Shown here piece by piece: positions 49,494-59,755 of a stretch of DNA of 64,000 nt. A program made the position numbers and the translations under genes. Below the pieces are notes generated by a model that was not told the DNA's origin, did no database searches, and saw only the letters and a list, made by a program, of their open reading frames with translations. The DNA is from an uncultured Gemmatimonadales bacterium (GTDB lineage: Bacteria; Gemmatimonadota; Gemmatimonadetes; Gemmatimonadales; GWC2-71-9). How positions within the stretch are numbered: the stretch's first letter is position 1; every line of letters starts with the position of its first letter. The stretch is from the NCBI GenBank assembly GCA_963798915.1, contig CAWCVB010000014.1, forward strand, positions 128,001 through 192,000. The letters run 5' to 3'.

Positions 49494-50801
49494 ATGGATC
49501 GGCGCAGCTTTGCCGGCATGGCGGCCGGAATCATGGGCGGGCTCGCCCTCACGCCGCACGCGGCCGGCGCAGCCGTCGGCATCGACGCCGCCTTGCCAGG
49601 GCAGGGGGCACCAGGCCCGTGTGACCTGCCGGCCTCCATTGCGGCCCTCAAGCCGATGACGGATGGCATCAGCCCCATCACTGACGACGAGCGACAGCAG
49701 CGACTGGCCCGGGCCCAGCAACTCATGCAGCAGCAGGGCATCGCCGGGATGCTGCTGGAACCCGGCTCGAGCCTGTACTACTTCACCGGCATGCGCTGGG
49801 GGCTGTCCGAGCGCCCCTTCGTCGGGGTCGTGCCCGCGCGTGGCGAACTCGCGTGGGTTTGTCCGGCATTCGAGGAAGCGCGAGCGCGCGAGCTCATTCA
49901 TTTCGGGACGGACGTGCGTGTCTGGCAGGAGGATGACAGCCCCTATCAGACCATCGCCGGCATCCTGCGTGACCGGGGCGCCGGGAGCGGGCGGATCGGC
50001 GTGGAGGAACGGGTCCGTTTCTTCGTCATGGATGGGGTGCGGCAGGTGCTTCCCGCCGCCGAGTGGGTCAGCGCCACACCGGTCACGGCCGGATGCCGCA
50101 TGTTCAAGTCCGCGGCCGAACTCGCGTTGATGCAGCGGGCCAGCGATATCACCGTCGCTGGCATGAAGGCCGCATTCGCCACCCTCAAGGACGGGATGAC
50201 GCCCCACGAGTTCGGTGCCATCGCCGAAGCGGCGTTCCAGCGGCTCGGCGGCAACAGCACCTGGTCGCTGGTCGGTTTTGGCGAATACTCCGCGTTTCCC
50301 CACGGCAGCATTCATCCGCAGAAGCTTCGTGAAGGCGACATCGTGCTGCTGGACTCGGGCTGTGCCGTGCAGAGTTATCAATCCGACATTACCCGCACGA
50401 CGGTCTTCGGCAAGCCCACCGCCCGGCAGACCCAGGTCTGGAACCTGGAGCGGAAGGCCCAGGACGCGGCCTTCGCCGCCGCGCAGCTCGGTGCCACCTG
50501 CGGATCAGTTGACGATGCGGCCCGGAAGGTCATCACTGACGCCGGCTTCGGTCCGGGCTACAAAGTGCCCGGGCTGCCACACCGGACCGGCCACGGGATC
50601 GGTCTCGACGGACACGAGTGGACCAACTTCGTGCACGGCAACATGACCACTCTCGCGCCCGGGATGTGCTTCAGCGACGAACCCACCATCGCCATCTATG
50701 GTGAGTTCGGGGTCCGGCTGGAGGATTGCCTCCACATGACGACAGATGGCCCGAAGTTCTTCTCGCCGCAGAGTCCCGCGGTCGACCGTCCGTTTCCATG
50801 A
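49494..50801 (+). CDS. Xaa-Pro peptidase (M24B), Tat-exported
   Basis: MDRRSF signal; FPHG, DSG...SDITRT, HRTGHGIG..HE, DEP, RLED. Confidence 0.92.
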   Translation: MDRRSFAGMAAGIMGGLALTPHAAGAAVGIDAALPGQGAPGPCDLPASIAALKPMTDGISPITDDERQQRLARAQQLMQQQGIAGMLLEPGSSLYYFTGMRWGLSERPFVGVVPARGELAWVCPAFEEARARELIHFGTDVRVWQEDDSPYQTIAGILRDRGAGSGRIGVEERVRFFVMDGVRQVLPAAEWVSATPVTAGCRMFKSAAELALMQRASDITVAGMKAAFATLKDGMTPHEFGAIAEAAFQRLGGNSTWSLVGFGEYSAFPHGSIHPQKLREGDIVLLDSGCAVQSYQSDITRTTVFGKPTARQTQVWNLERKAQDAAFAAAQLGATCGSVDDAARKVITDAGFGPGYKVPGLPHRTGHGIGLDGHEWTNFVHGNMTTLAPGMCFSDEPTIAIYGEFGVRLEDCLHMTTDGPKFFSPQSPAVDRPFP

Positions 50802-51511
50802 CGGCGACGGTCCGGCCCGCGCTGGGCGCCGCCCGGGCGCGACGCACCATTGCCGACCTTGCCGCGGATGCTCTTCGGGACCGGATCCTGCGCGGCGACC
50901 TCGCCGAGGGAGCGCCCGTGCGGCAGGATGCCATGGCCGCCGAACTCGGCATGAGCCGCATCCCCGTTCGTGAGGCGTTGCGGCGGCTCGAGGCGGAAGG
51001 GCTGGTTGAGCTGAGTCCGCATTGCGGGGCGGTGGTCTCGTCACTCTCGCTGGAGGAGATTACCGAGCTGTTTGACCTGCGCGCCCTGATCGAAGGCGCG
51101 CTCCTCCGGCGGTCCGTGCCGCGGCTTTCCGCGAAGGTCCTGGGGCTGGCGGGCGAGGTGCTCACGCAGTACGAGCGCGCCTTCCGCGAGCGACGCATAC
51201 AGCACTGGGCCGATCTCAACTGGCGATTCCACTCGATCCTGCTGGCCCCGGCGGGACGGAACCGCACCCTGGCGATGGTGCAGACGCTCCATCATCAGAG
51301 CGAGCGCTACATGCGGATGCAGCTCACGCTGACGCGCGGTGAATCCCGCGCTCACCTCGAACATCGGGCGATCCTCGCGGCGGCCAGAAACGGCGACGGG
51401 CCTGGTGCGGCGCGGCTGACCGCGAGCCATGTGCGTCACGCCGGCCGCGACCTGGTGGCCTTTCTGCGGCAGTATCGCACCGCGCCGGATCGCCTCAACG
51501 GAAGGCAGTGA
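50798..51511 (+). CDS. GntR-family regulator with FCD domain (HypR-like)
   Basis: LRDRILRG...ELGMSRIPVREAL; NWRFH; EHRAI. Confidence 0.92.
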   Translation: MTATVRPALGAARARRTIADLAADALRDRILRGDLAEGAPVRQDAMAAELGMSRIPVREALRRLEAEGLVELSPHCGAVVSSLSLEEITELFDLRALIEGALLRRSVPRLSAKVLGLAGEVLTQYERAFRERRIQHWADLNWRFHSILLAPAGRNRTLAMVQTLHHQSERYMRMQLTLTRGESRAHLEHRAILAAARNGDGPGAARLTASHVRHAGRDLVAFLRQYRTAPDRLNGRQ

Positions 51512-52960
51512 CCATGCATGTGAGTGTACTGGAAAATTTTGTCGGGGGAGAGTTCCGGAGCGGCACAGTCGGCGAGCCGATTCCTGATCGCAACCCCTCC
51601 GATCAGGACGACCTGATCGGCCAGGTGCCGTCCGGCACGGCGGACGACGCCATGTCAGCTGTCGCGTCGGCGCGTTCGGCCCTCGACGCCTGGCGGACAC
51701 TGCCCGGGCCGGCCCGCGCCGCGCACCTCTTCCGCTGGGCAGCGGTGATCGAGGAATCGGCCGAGGAGATGGCCCAGGCGGTGGCGCGTGAAGTGGGGAA
51801 GCCGATTGGCGAAGCCCGTGGCGAGGTCGGGCGCTGTGCAGTGATCCTGCGCTACTACGCCGGTGAAGCGGTGCGTGCGCGTGGGTGAGGTGGTGCCAGC
51901 GCAGGCGGCTGGCGCGCTCCAGTTCACCCTGCGCGATCCGCTGGGCGTTTGTGCGCTCATTACGCCGTGGAATTTTCCGGTGGCCATCCCGCTCTGGAAG
52001 GCCGCGCCCGCGCTCGCCTTCGGCAACACCGTGGTGCTCAAGCCAGCGGAGCAGGCATCGCACGCAGCACTGCTCCTGGCGCGAAGCGCATCGCGGGCCG
52101 GCATGCCTGCCGGAACATTCAACGTGGTGCTGGGTGACGGCGCCCTGGTGGGAACCGCGTTGCTGGAGGCCGACGACGTCCGCGCGGTGAGCTTCACCGG
52201 ATCGACTGGGGTAGGCGCGCAGGTTGCAGCTTTTTGCGCGCGGCGGAACATCCGCTTCCAGACTGAAATGGGCGGCAAGAATGTGGCGATCGTCCTGGCA
52301 GATGGTGACCTCGACCTTGCCGCCCGGCTCACGGCGGCCGGTGCCATGCGCTACGCCGGCCAGAAGTGCACCGCCACCAGCCGGGTCATCGTGGAGGCGA
52401 AGGCGTTCGGGCCCTTCATGGAGCGACTGGGTCAGGAAATCGACCGCCTGCCTCTCGGGCCCGTTGCGGACTCCGCCTCGGCAGTCGGTCCGCTGATCAC
52501 GCCGGAGGCGAGGAGCCGGGTGCAGTCGGCGATTTCGGCGATGGAGGGGGAGCTTGTCATGGGTGGGCGCCCGCCCGCCGATGCTGCCTTTGCCCGCGGC
52601 AACTTTCTGCTTCCTACCGTTGTCCAGGGAGTGGCCCCGGACTCTGCCATGGCACAGGACGAGCTCTTCGGTCCGGTGCTCGCAGCCTTCAGCGTCACCG
52701 ACCTGGACGAGGCCATCGCGCTGGCCAACCACACGCGCTATGGACTGAGCGCGTCGCTCTTCACTCGCGACCTCGGTGCAGCCCTTGAATACATTCGCCG
52801 GATCGAGGTCGGTCTGGTGCGGGTTAATGGTGATACGACCGGTGTGGATCCGCATGCTCCCTTTGGCGGCACCAAGGGCTCCAGCTCGGGCAGCCGGGAG
52901 CAGGGCAGCGCGGCGCGCGAATTCTACACCGAGACCCGCACGGTGCAGGTAGCGGGGTGA
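51508..52960 (+). pseudogene. Aldehyde dehydrogenase (probable alpha-ketoglutaric semialdehyde dehydrogenase), frameshifted near 51880 as sequenced
   Basis: EVGKPIGEARGE in frame 1; ITPWNFP, FTGS, EMGGKN, GQKC, ELFGP, PFGG in frame 2. Confidence 0.88.
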
Positions 52961-53910
52961 CGCCATTTCCGGCCGCGATCCGCGTCGTCGATTCCCATAC
53001 CGAGGGAGAGGGAACGCGGGTCGTCATCGATGGGTGGCCTGCGCTCGCCGGTCACACCATGGAGGAACGGCGTGACCGCCTCGTGCGTGAGTACGACGGC
53101 CTCAGGCAGGCGGTCGTATGCGAACCGCGCGGGCATGATGCCCTGGTAGGCGCGCTGCTGACCGCACCGGAACGGGCGGGATCGGCCGCGGGCGTGATCT
53201 TCTTCAACAACGTGGGCTGCCTGGGCATGTGCGGCCATGGCACCATTGGCGTGGTGCGCACGCTGCAGCATCTTGGCCGGCTCTCCCACGGCACGGTGCA
53301 GCTCGACACGCCGGCCGGAACGGTCGAAGCGGAATTGTCGGCCGACGGTTCGGTCACGGTGACCAACGTGCCGTGCCGGGTGCAGTCACTGGATCTCAGG
53401 ATCGACGTACCCGGCATCGGTCCGGTGACGGGCGACCTGGCCTACGGCGGCAACTGGTTCTTCCTGGTCCACGTCGATCGCCGGCTTCTCTTGACCGATG
53501 TCGCGTCGCTTGCCGGCGAATGCGAGGCGATCATGCAGGCGCTCGCTGCGCAGGGTATCACCGGCGCCGGCGGTGCTCGCATTGACCACGTGGAGTTGTG
53601 CGGGCCGCCCGAGCGAGCCGATGCCGACAGCCGGAATTTCGTCTTGTGCCCGGGCGGCGCCTACGACCGCTCGCCATGCGGGACCGGCACCTCGGCGCGG
53701 ATGGCGGCGCTCCACGCACGAGGCCTGCTCGCGCCAGGAACTCCGTGGCACCAGGAGAGCATTACCGGGAGTCTCTTCACCGGCTGGCTGGAGCAGCGCG
53801 ATGGTCAGTTGATTCCCCGCATACGCGGGCACGCGTGGGTCACGGGTGAGGCAACGCTGGTCTTTGCCGAGGATGATCCCTTCCGTGCCGGATTCACGGC
53901 GGCAGGATGA
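52957..53910 (+). CDS. 4-hydroxyproline 2-epimerase (proline racemase family)
   Basis: DSHTEGE, EPRG..LVGALL (aliphatic residue typical of Hyp epimerases), and both catalytic Cys in MCGH and DRSPCGTG. Confidence 0.88.
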   Translation: MTPFPAAIRVVDSHTEGEGTRVVIDGWPALAGHTMEERRDRLVREYDGLRQAVVCEPRGHDALVGALLTAPERAGSAAGVIFFNNVGCLGMCGHGTIGVVRTLQHLGRLSHGTVQLDTPAGTVEAELSADGSVTVTNVPCRVQSLDLRIDVPGIGPVTGDLAYGGNWFFLVHVDRRLLLTDVASLAGECEAIMQALAAQGITGAGGARIDHVELCGPPERADADSRNFVLCPGGAYDRSPCGTGTSARMAALHARGLLAPGTPWHQESITGSLFTGWLEQRDGQLIPRIRGHAWVTGEATLVFAEDDPFRAGFTAAG

Positions 53911-55034
53911 GCCGCCATCCTGACCTGCTGATCGTCGGTGCGGGTGTGATCGGCGCCGCGTGCGCCATGCACGCTGCGGAGCGTGGCATGCGGGTGCTGG
54001 TCCTGGAACGGGGCCGGCCGGCCGGCGGGGCTACCGCGGCCGGCATGGGCCACATCGTCGTGATGGACGATTCCCCTGCGCAGATGGCGCTCACCAGCCT
54101 GTCGCGCTCGCTGGTGAACGCGCTGGGGGCCGACCTCCCGGGCGCAGTGGAACACGACCGTTGTGGAACGCTCTGGATTGCGGCGGATCGGGCAGACCTG
54201 GCGCAGGCGCACGCGCGCTGCGCTCTCTATCGCTCGCAGGGCGTCGCCGCCGAACTCCTCGACGGCCGACAGCTTGCGGCGGCCGAACCCGCGCTGCGGA
54301 GTGGCCTGTCTGGCGCACTCCTGGTGCCGGATGATGGCGTGCTCTATCAGCCCGCGCTGGTGCGCTGGATGCTGCACCGAGCCGGGGTGGCTGGTGCGGA
54401 ACTGCGCACCGGGGCCGACGTCCAGTCTGTCGGTCCGACCGGAGCGACGACATCGGCGGGCTTCGTGGCGGCCGGCGCGGTCCTCGTGGCTGCCGGCATC
54501 GGGTCGGTGCAACTGCTTCCTCGGCTGCCCGTGCTTCCGCGAAAGGGTCACCTCGCGGTCACCGCGCCGGGCCAGACCATGGTGCGCCATCAGCTGGTGG
54601 AGCTTGGTTACCTGCAGAGCGCTCATGCGCTCAGTGCGTCGTCCGTGGCGTTCAATGTCCAGCCAAGGAGGCGCGGGCAGTTGCTGATCGGCTCCTCCCG
54701 GGAGCTGGCTGGGCATGATGCATCGGTGAACCGGCAGGTTCTGGGCTCGATGCTCGCGCGCGCGGCCGCGTTCATGCCGGCACTTGCCCAACAGCCGATC
54801 CTGCGCGTCTGGACCGGATTTCGCCCGGCGACGCCCGACAAGCTGCCGCTGATCGGCCATTCTCACGACCACGACGGCGTCTGGGTCGCGACCGGTCATG
54901 AAGGTCTCGGCATCACCACTGCGCTGGGCACGGCGGCGGTGGTCACGGCGCTGCTCCTGGGAGAGGCGCCCCCCATTGATGCAACGGCCTTCGATCCCGA
55001 TGGTCGTGTGGCATTCGCGGGGCAGCAGGCATGA
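53907..55034 (+). CDS. FAD-dependent D-hydroxyproline dehydrogenase beta subunit (DAO family)
   Basis: GAGVIG, ATAAGMGH, PRKGH, WTGFRP, GHEGLGIT; operon context. Confidence 0.8.
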   Translation: MSRHPDLLIVGAGVIGAACAMHAAERGMRVLVLERGRPAGGATAAGMGHIVVMDDSPAQMALTSLSRSLVNALGADLPGAVEHDRCGTLWIAADRADLAQAHARCALYRSQGVAAELLDGRQLAAAEPALRSGLSGALLVPDDGVLYQPALVRWMLHRAGVAGAELRTGADVQSVGPTGATTSAGFVAAGAVLVAAGIGSVQLLPRLPVLPRKGHLAVTAPGQTMVRHQLVELGYLQSAHALSASSVAFNVQPRRRGQLLIGSSRELAGHDASVNRQVLGSMLARAAAFMPALAQQPILRVWTGFRPATPDKLPLIGHSHDHDGVWVATGHEGLGITTALGTAAVVTALLLGEAPPIDATAFDPDGRVAFAGQQA

Positions 55035-55279
55035 CCGGACTGGTTCGCATCCTGGTGAACGGAGACGAGGCGCTCGTGGAGCCCGGGACGACGGTGGCAG
55101 CCGCACTGATCAGCCGGCGAATATGGGCGTTTCATCGGTCGCCTGGCGGAGACCCTCGCGGTCCGCTCTGCGGCATGGGCGCCTGCTTCGAGTGCCTTGT
55201 CGTCATTGATGGCGTGTCCGGCATCCGGGCGTGTCTCGAGCCGGTCCGCGACGGAATGCGCGTAGCCACCGATGGATGA
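55031..55279 (+). CDS. 2Fe-2S subunit of D-hydroxyproline dehydrogenase
   Basis: CGMGACFEC...RAC. Confidence 0.88.
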   Translation: MTGLVRILVNGDEALVEPGTTVAAALISRRIWAFHRSPGGDPRGPLCGMGACFECLVVIDGVSGIRACLEPVRDGMRVATDG

Positions 55280-56544
55280 ACGCTCAGCGGACGTGGTCGT
55301 CATCGGCGCCGGCCCGGCCGGCATGGCGGCCGCCTGTGCCAGTGCCGCTGCGCGTCACGTCGTGGTGCTCGATTCCGCACCCCGACCTGGCGGACAGATC
55401 TGGCGTCATCGGGCACCTGGCGCGCTTGGTCATGTGGCCCGCCGCTGGCTCGGGCGATTCGAAGCGAGCGATGCGACGTTCCACGGGGGTGTGACCGTCA
55501 CCGACGTGACGCCGGACAGCGTCCACTGGGTGTCCGGTCCTCGCCATGGAACGCTGCGTGCCGGCGTCATCATTCTTGCGACTGGAGCGCGTGAGCGCTT
55601 CCTGCCCTTTCCGGGGTGGACGCTGCCGGGCGTGACCGGCGTCGGTGGCGTGCAGGCACTCATCAAGAGCGGCGCTTCCGTGCGTGACCTGCGCATCGTC
55701 CTCGCCGGCAGCGGGCCGCTGCTGCTGCCGGTCGCCGCTACCTGCGTTCGTGCCGGCGCCGATGTGCGGTGCGTCGCGGAGCAGGCATCCGCTCGGCGGG
55801 TGGCCCGTTTCGCTTCCGCGCTCTGGCGTGAACCCGCCAAGTTGTTCGAGGCGATGTCGTACGCCACCCGCCTTCGTGATACCTGGATCTCCACCTCCAG
55901 CTGGATCCGCCGCGTGGCCCGCAAGGCCAGCCACCTGGAGGTGGAACTCGTGACGCCTGGCGGAATCGAACGGATCGAATGTGATCTCGTCGGCACGGGG
56001 TTTGGACTCGTGCCGGCGAGCGAGCTCGGTGCCCTGGCTGGTTGCCAACGTGCCGAGGGCCGGCTTCTGGTGAGCGAGCACCAGCAGACCAGCCTTGCGC
56101 ATGTGCTGGCCGCGGGTGAGGCGACCGGCATTGGCGGCGCTGTCGCGGCACTGGCGGAGGGGACCATCGCGGGCCTGGTGGCCAGTGGCTGGCGCCGGCA
56201 CCGCCAGGTTGCCGCTCAGATCAGCCCGACGAGGCCGGCGTTTTGCTTCGCTCCTTGAGGATCAATTCGCGTTGCGGCCCGAGCTTCGTGCCCTCGCCGA
56301 TGCGGAGACGGTCGTTTGTCGGTGCGAAGATGTGCCACTCAGTGCCTTGCGCCCGGAATGGGATGCGCGGCATGCAAAATTGATGACCCGCGCCGGCATG
56401 GGTCGGTGCCAGGGTCGTGTTTGCGGGCCAGCGCTGCGATTCCTGTTCGACTGGCCGGAGAATGAGCCTCGGCTTCCGGTCTTCCCGGCCAGCCTTGAAG
56501 CACTGGTGGACCACTATGACTCTCCTTCTGGCGTGGAGGCCTGA
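55272..56544 (+). pseudogene. FAD/NAD(P) oxidoreductase alpha subunit with BFD-like C-terminus, frameshifted at about 56185-56235 as sequenced
   Basis: GAGPAG, ATGARERFLPFPGWTLPGV, AAGE in frame 1; CRCEDV...TRAGMGRCQGRVC in frame 2. Confidence 0.85.
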
Positions 56545-56549
56545 GCTCG

Positions 56550-57461
56550 ATGCAGCGATCCGATTGGTCCGGTGTGTTTCCAGCGACGACGACTACCTTT
56601 CTTCCCGACGGCTCGGTCGATGAGGCGCACGTCGGGGCACACGTCGAGTGGCTGATGGACGCTGGTTGCGCCGGTGTCGTGCCACTCGGGTCGCTGGGCG
56701 AGGGCGCGACGCTGACCTTCGCGGAGAAGGTCCGCATCATTCAGGTCACTGTCGCTGCCGCTGGCAACGCTCCCGTGGTCCCGGGTATCAGCGGGCTGTC
56801 CACCAGCGAGTGCGTGGCGCTGGCGCAGGCGGCCGCCGGTGCCGGTGCGAGTGGCGTGATGGTGCTGCCGCCGTACGTCTATCAAGGGGACGCCCGCGAG
56901 ACGGATGCCCACTTCGCTGCCGTGCTCGGTGCGACCCAGCTTCCCGCCATGCTGTACAACAATCCGGTCGCCTATGGCACCGACCTCCGGGCCGCTGATG
57001 TCGCACGACTGGCCGAGCGGTTCCCGCAGGTGCACGCCGTCAAGGAATCGAGTGGGGACGTGCGCCGCGTAACAGCGCTGCGACAGCTTCTGGGAGATCG
57101 CCTGGCAGTATTTGCCGGTCTCGACGACATGATCGTCGAGGCATGTGCCATGGGCGCGTCAGGATGGGTTGCCGGTTTGGTGAATGCACTGCCGGCGGAG
57201 TCGGTGCTGCTGTTTGACCTCGCGCGCCAAGGCAAGCGCGCGGAGGCGAGGCGACTCTACGACTGGTTCCTGCCGCTTCTCAGGCTGGACACGGTGCCGA
57301 AGTTTGTCCAGCTGATCAAGCTGGTGCAGCTCGAGACCGGCCGAGGGACGGAAGAGGTGCGGCCGCCGCGGCTGATGCTCGAGGGTGCAGAACGGGAGGC
57401 GGCGCTGCAGATCATCCGCGCCCAACTGGACCGCCGTCCGGCGCTTGCCGGGTCGGCGTGA
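56550..57461 (+). CDS. DapA-family lyase, probable delta1-pyrroline-4-hydroxy-2-carboxylate deaminase
   Basis: WSGVFPA, GSLGE, YNNP, Schiff-base KESSGD, KFVQLIKL; operon context. Confidence 0.85.
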   Translation: MQRSDWSGVFPATTTTFLPDGSVDEAHVGAHVEWLMDAGCAGVVPLGSLGEGATLTFAEKVRIIQVTVAAAGNAPVVPGISGLSTSECVALAQAAAGAGASGVMVLPPYVYQGDARETDAHFAAVLGATQLPAMLYNNPVAYGTDLRAADVARLAERFPQVHAVKESSGDVRRVTALRQLLGDRLAVFAGLDDMIVEACAMGASGWVAGLVNALPAESVLLFDLARQGKRAEARRLYDWFLPLLRLDTVPKFVQLIKLVQLETGRGTEEVRPPRLMLEGAEREAALQIIRAQLDRRPALAGSA

Positions 57462-57540
57462 TCGCCGTCACAGAACGACACGGGCTCTGGGTGGAACGTT
57501 GGACCTGAAGCCCGCCTTTACCTGAGCCAGGAGGTAGTTC

Positions 57541-57750
57541 GTGCGTGCATTCATGGTTGTGGGTACTGCCGCAGTGGTCCTTGCGGCCGCAGCATGCAAG
57601 GGGAGCGACCGGGTCGAGACGAAGGAAGTCGCGCCCGCAACGGAGCCCGCCCCGACGGAGAGCGGTTCGAGCGTGGAAGTGCGAACCGGAAATGACACCA
57701 TCAATGCCGACACGACCGGCGTTCGCGTGAAGGTGAATACGGACAGCTGA
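57541..57750 (+). CDS. Small hypothetical lipoprotein
   Basis: AGGAGG RBS; GTG start; lipobox AAAC; 69 aa. Confidence 0.65.
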   Translation: MRAFMVVGTAAVVLAAAACKGSDRVETKEVAPATEPAPTESGSSVEVRTGNDTINADTTGVRVKVNTDS

Positions 57751-57752
57751 TA

Positions 57753-57842
57753 TAGGGACTGAGGGACTAGGGATTGGGGTTGAGGGACGAGCGTCAGGCC
57801 CCTCCGCCCCAATCCCTATTATCCTAACCCCTGGCCCCCATC
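57753..57842. repeat. Degenerate 7-8-mer array (TAGGGAC/TGAGGGAC) with inverted counterpart
   Basis: TAGGGATTGGGG (57768-57779) is the exact reverse complement of CCCCAATCCCTA (57807-57818); lies between convergent genes. Confidence 0.8.
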
Positions 57843-57844
57843 TC

Positions 57845-58519
57845 TCAGCTCCCCTCCGCCTGCCGCTTCGCCGCCTCCTTCATCTGCTCGTTCGCATAAA
57901 TCGCGACTTCCACCCGGCGGTTCTGCTGCCGGCCCGCATCGGAATCATTGGGGGCGATTGGCTCGGTCTCGCCCCGGCCGGCGGCACGGATCCGCGACCG
58001 ATCGACGCCGTCCGCCACCAGCAGGTTGGCTGCGGCCTCGGCGCGGCGAACCGATAGCTCCTGGTTGTAGCTGTCGGAGCCGACGCTGTCGGTGTGGCCC
58101 ACCACCATGAGGTTGGTGTCGGGATACTTGTCGAGATTGCTCGCGAGGCTTGCCAGGTTCTCGCGCCCCTCCTCCCGCACCACGGTCGAGTCGAAACCGA
58201 ATAGTATGCCGGACTTGAAGGTGACCAGGATGCCTTCGCCCACCCGCTCGACCTTGGCACCGGGAATGTTCTGTTCCAGCTCCTTGGCACGGCGGTCCAT
58301 CTGGTCGCCGATGATGGCGCCAGCCGCGCCGCCCACGGCCGCACCAATGATCGCGCCCTTGGCGGTCGAACCGGATGCTGCACCGATTGCGCCGCCAACC
58401 ACCGCACCGCCGGCGGCGCCGATCACGGCGCCACGTTGCGCATTCTTGTAACAGCCGGCGGTGGCGACGCCAAGGGCGAGGGACAGGATCATCGCGCGCT
58501 GCACCTTGATGCCAGTCAT
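57845..58519 (-). CDS. OmpA-family lipoprotein with glycine zipper (YiaD-like)
   Basis: Lipobox TAGC; GAVIGAAGGAVVGGAIG; GHTDSVGS..YNQELS.RRA; QNRRVE. Confidence 0.95.
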   Translation of the reverse strand: MTGIKVQRAMILSLALGVATAGCYKNAQRGAVIGAAGGAVVGGAIGAASGSTAKGAIIGAAVGGAAGAIIGDQMDRRAKELEQNIPGAKVERVGEGILVTFKSGILFGFDSTVVREEGRENLASLASNLDKYPDTNLMVVGHTDSVGSDSYNQELSVRRAEAAANLLVADGVDRSRIRAAGRGETEPIAPNDSDAGRQQNRRVEVAIYANEQMKEAAKRQAEGS

Positions 58520-58615
58520 GAGACCTCCTTTGGGTCAGGTCGAAGAGCCGAGGGTACCCCCCAGTCTGCACCCGGAGTCCCGGCCGTGCTGTGATGTGGG
58601 TCGCCTGCCGCGGCC

Positions 58616-59755
58616 CTACTTGACCCTGCGGGCCAGGCCCCGGAGCGAGTCATCAGGCAGTGCACCGTGCAGCCGCAACTGGACGTTGCCCTGCCTCCAG
58701 CCGGTCGGGTCTTGCGGCAAATTCTGCCGCTCGTCGCGAGTTCCGGCCGCAACGCGCTGCTGGTCCAGGAAGAATGAGCCGCCCGCGTCATTCAGGTACA
58801 CCACCCGCACCACTGGCCGGGTAGGATCGGCGCCGGGCACCAGCCGCCCCGGCACCAGCCCGACCATCTCCGGTCGAAGTCCATCGATCACATGCAGATT
58901 TCCACCAAGCTCCCGCCGGGCCTCGTCCAGGCCGATGCGGGTCGAGATCTGTGAATCCGGCAACGCTGCCAGCGGCGTCCGTTCTTCTGCCGCTTTCAGG
59001 GTTGATACTGGCTGCGGAGCCGCATTCGCGATCTCCGGCTGGAACGCCTCGGCCCTGGATCGGCCGGCAGCCTGTTGCCGCGGATTGACCTGCGTCACTT
59101 CGGCCTGTGCAAAGGCTGGCGGTTTCGCAGTAGCCGGCACGGGCGCAGGGGCCGCCGCATCAGCATTGCGATCGACGTGCGACTCCGCGCCGGCGTTGGC
59201 CCTTGGCTCGGCCTGCTCCTGCGATGCGACTGTTGCCGATTCGACCGGCGCGTCAGCCAGTGTGCCGGAGCCAGCCGGAGCCGAATCGCCCACGGCCGCA
59301 CTCGCAACCTCACTCGCTGGACGGGAAGGCGCCTCGACTGCCTGGGGCAGGTTGGCCGTCGCCGTTTCCTGCGGGCCGGAACGGCCGAGACTGTTGGGCC
59401 GGAGCGCCAGCCAACCCGCGCCCGCAGCCACGATCAGGCTTGCCGCAATCCCCATGTTGCGACGCCAGGCCGTGCGCTTCCATCTCAGCATATCGTGGTA
59501 CGGCAGCAGGACGACTGGCGATCCACGATCCTGCGGGCTGATGGCGAGCCGCTCAGTCGCGTCGGCCGCCCGGCTGGCCGGCTCATCCAGCACGCCGACC
59601 AACGCATCGGCTTCGGCGAGAGTGGCTCGCAGCTCGACGGCGCGCGCGTCACATGCTGGGCAGGTGGCGATGTGCTCACTGAGTTCCTGCGCCGCCGACG
59701 GGGCCAGCTCGCCGTCGAGCCACTCCATCAGGAGTCCGTCATCAGGATGCCGCAT
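58616..59755 (-). CDS. Zinc-finger (zf-HC2) transmembrane anti-sigma factor
   Basis: LDGEL...EHIATCPAC; single TM helix; Ala/Pro-rich linker; overlaps the sigma gene. Confidence 0.85.
   Translation of the reverse strand: MRHPDDGLLMEWLDGELAPSAAQELSEHIATCPACDARAVELRATLAEADALVGVLDEPASRAADATERLAISPQDRGSPVVLLPYHDMLRWKRTAWRRNMGIAASLIVAAGAGWLALRPNSLGRSGPQETATANLPQAVEAPSRPASEVASAAVGDSAPAGSGTLADAPVESATVASQEQAEPRANAGAESHVDRNADAAAPAPVPATAKPPAFAQAEVTQVNPRQQAAGRSRAEAFQPEIANAAPQPVSTLKAAEERTPLAALPDSQISTRIGLDEARRELGGNLHVIDGLRPEMVGLVPGRLVPGADPTRPVVRVVYLNDAGGSFFLDQQRVAAGTRDERQNLPQDPTGWRQGNVQLRLHGALPDDSLRGLARRVK

Noticed and set aside
51863..51890. Programmed ribosomal frameshifting in the ALDH or other split genes
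   Set aside because: No slippery X-XXY-YYZ site, and I know of no recoding in these families; indel error is simpler.
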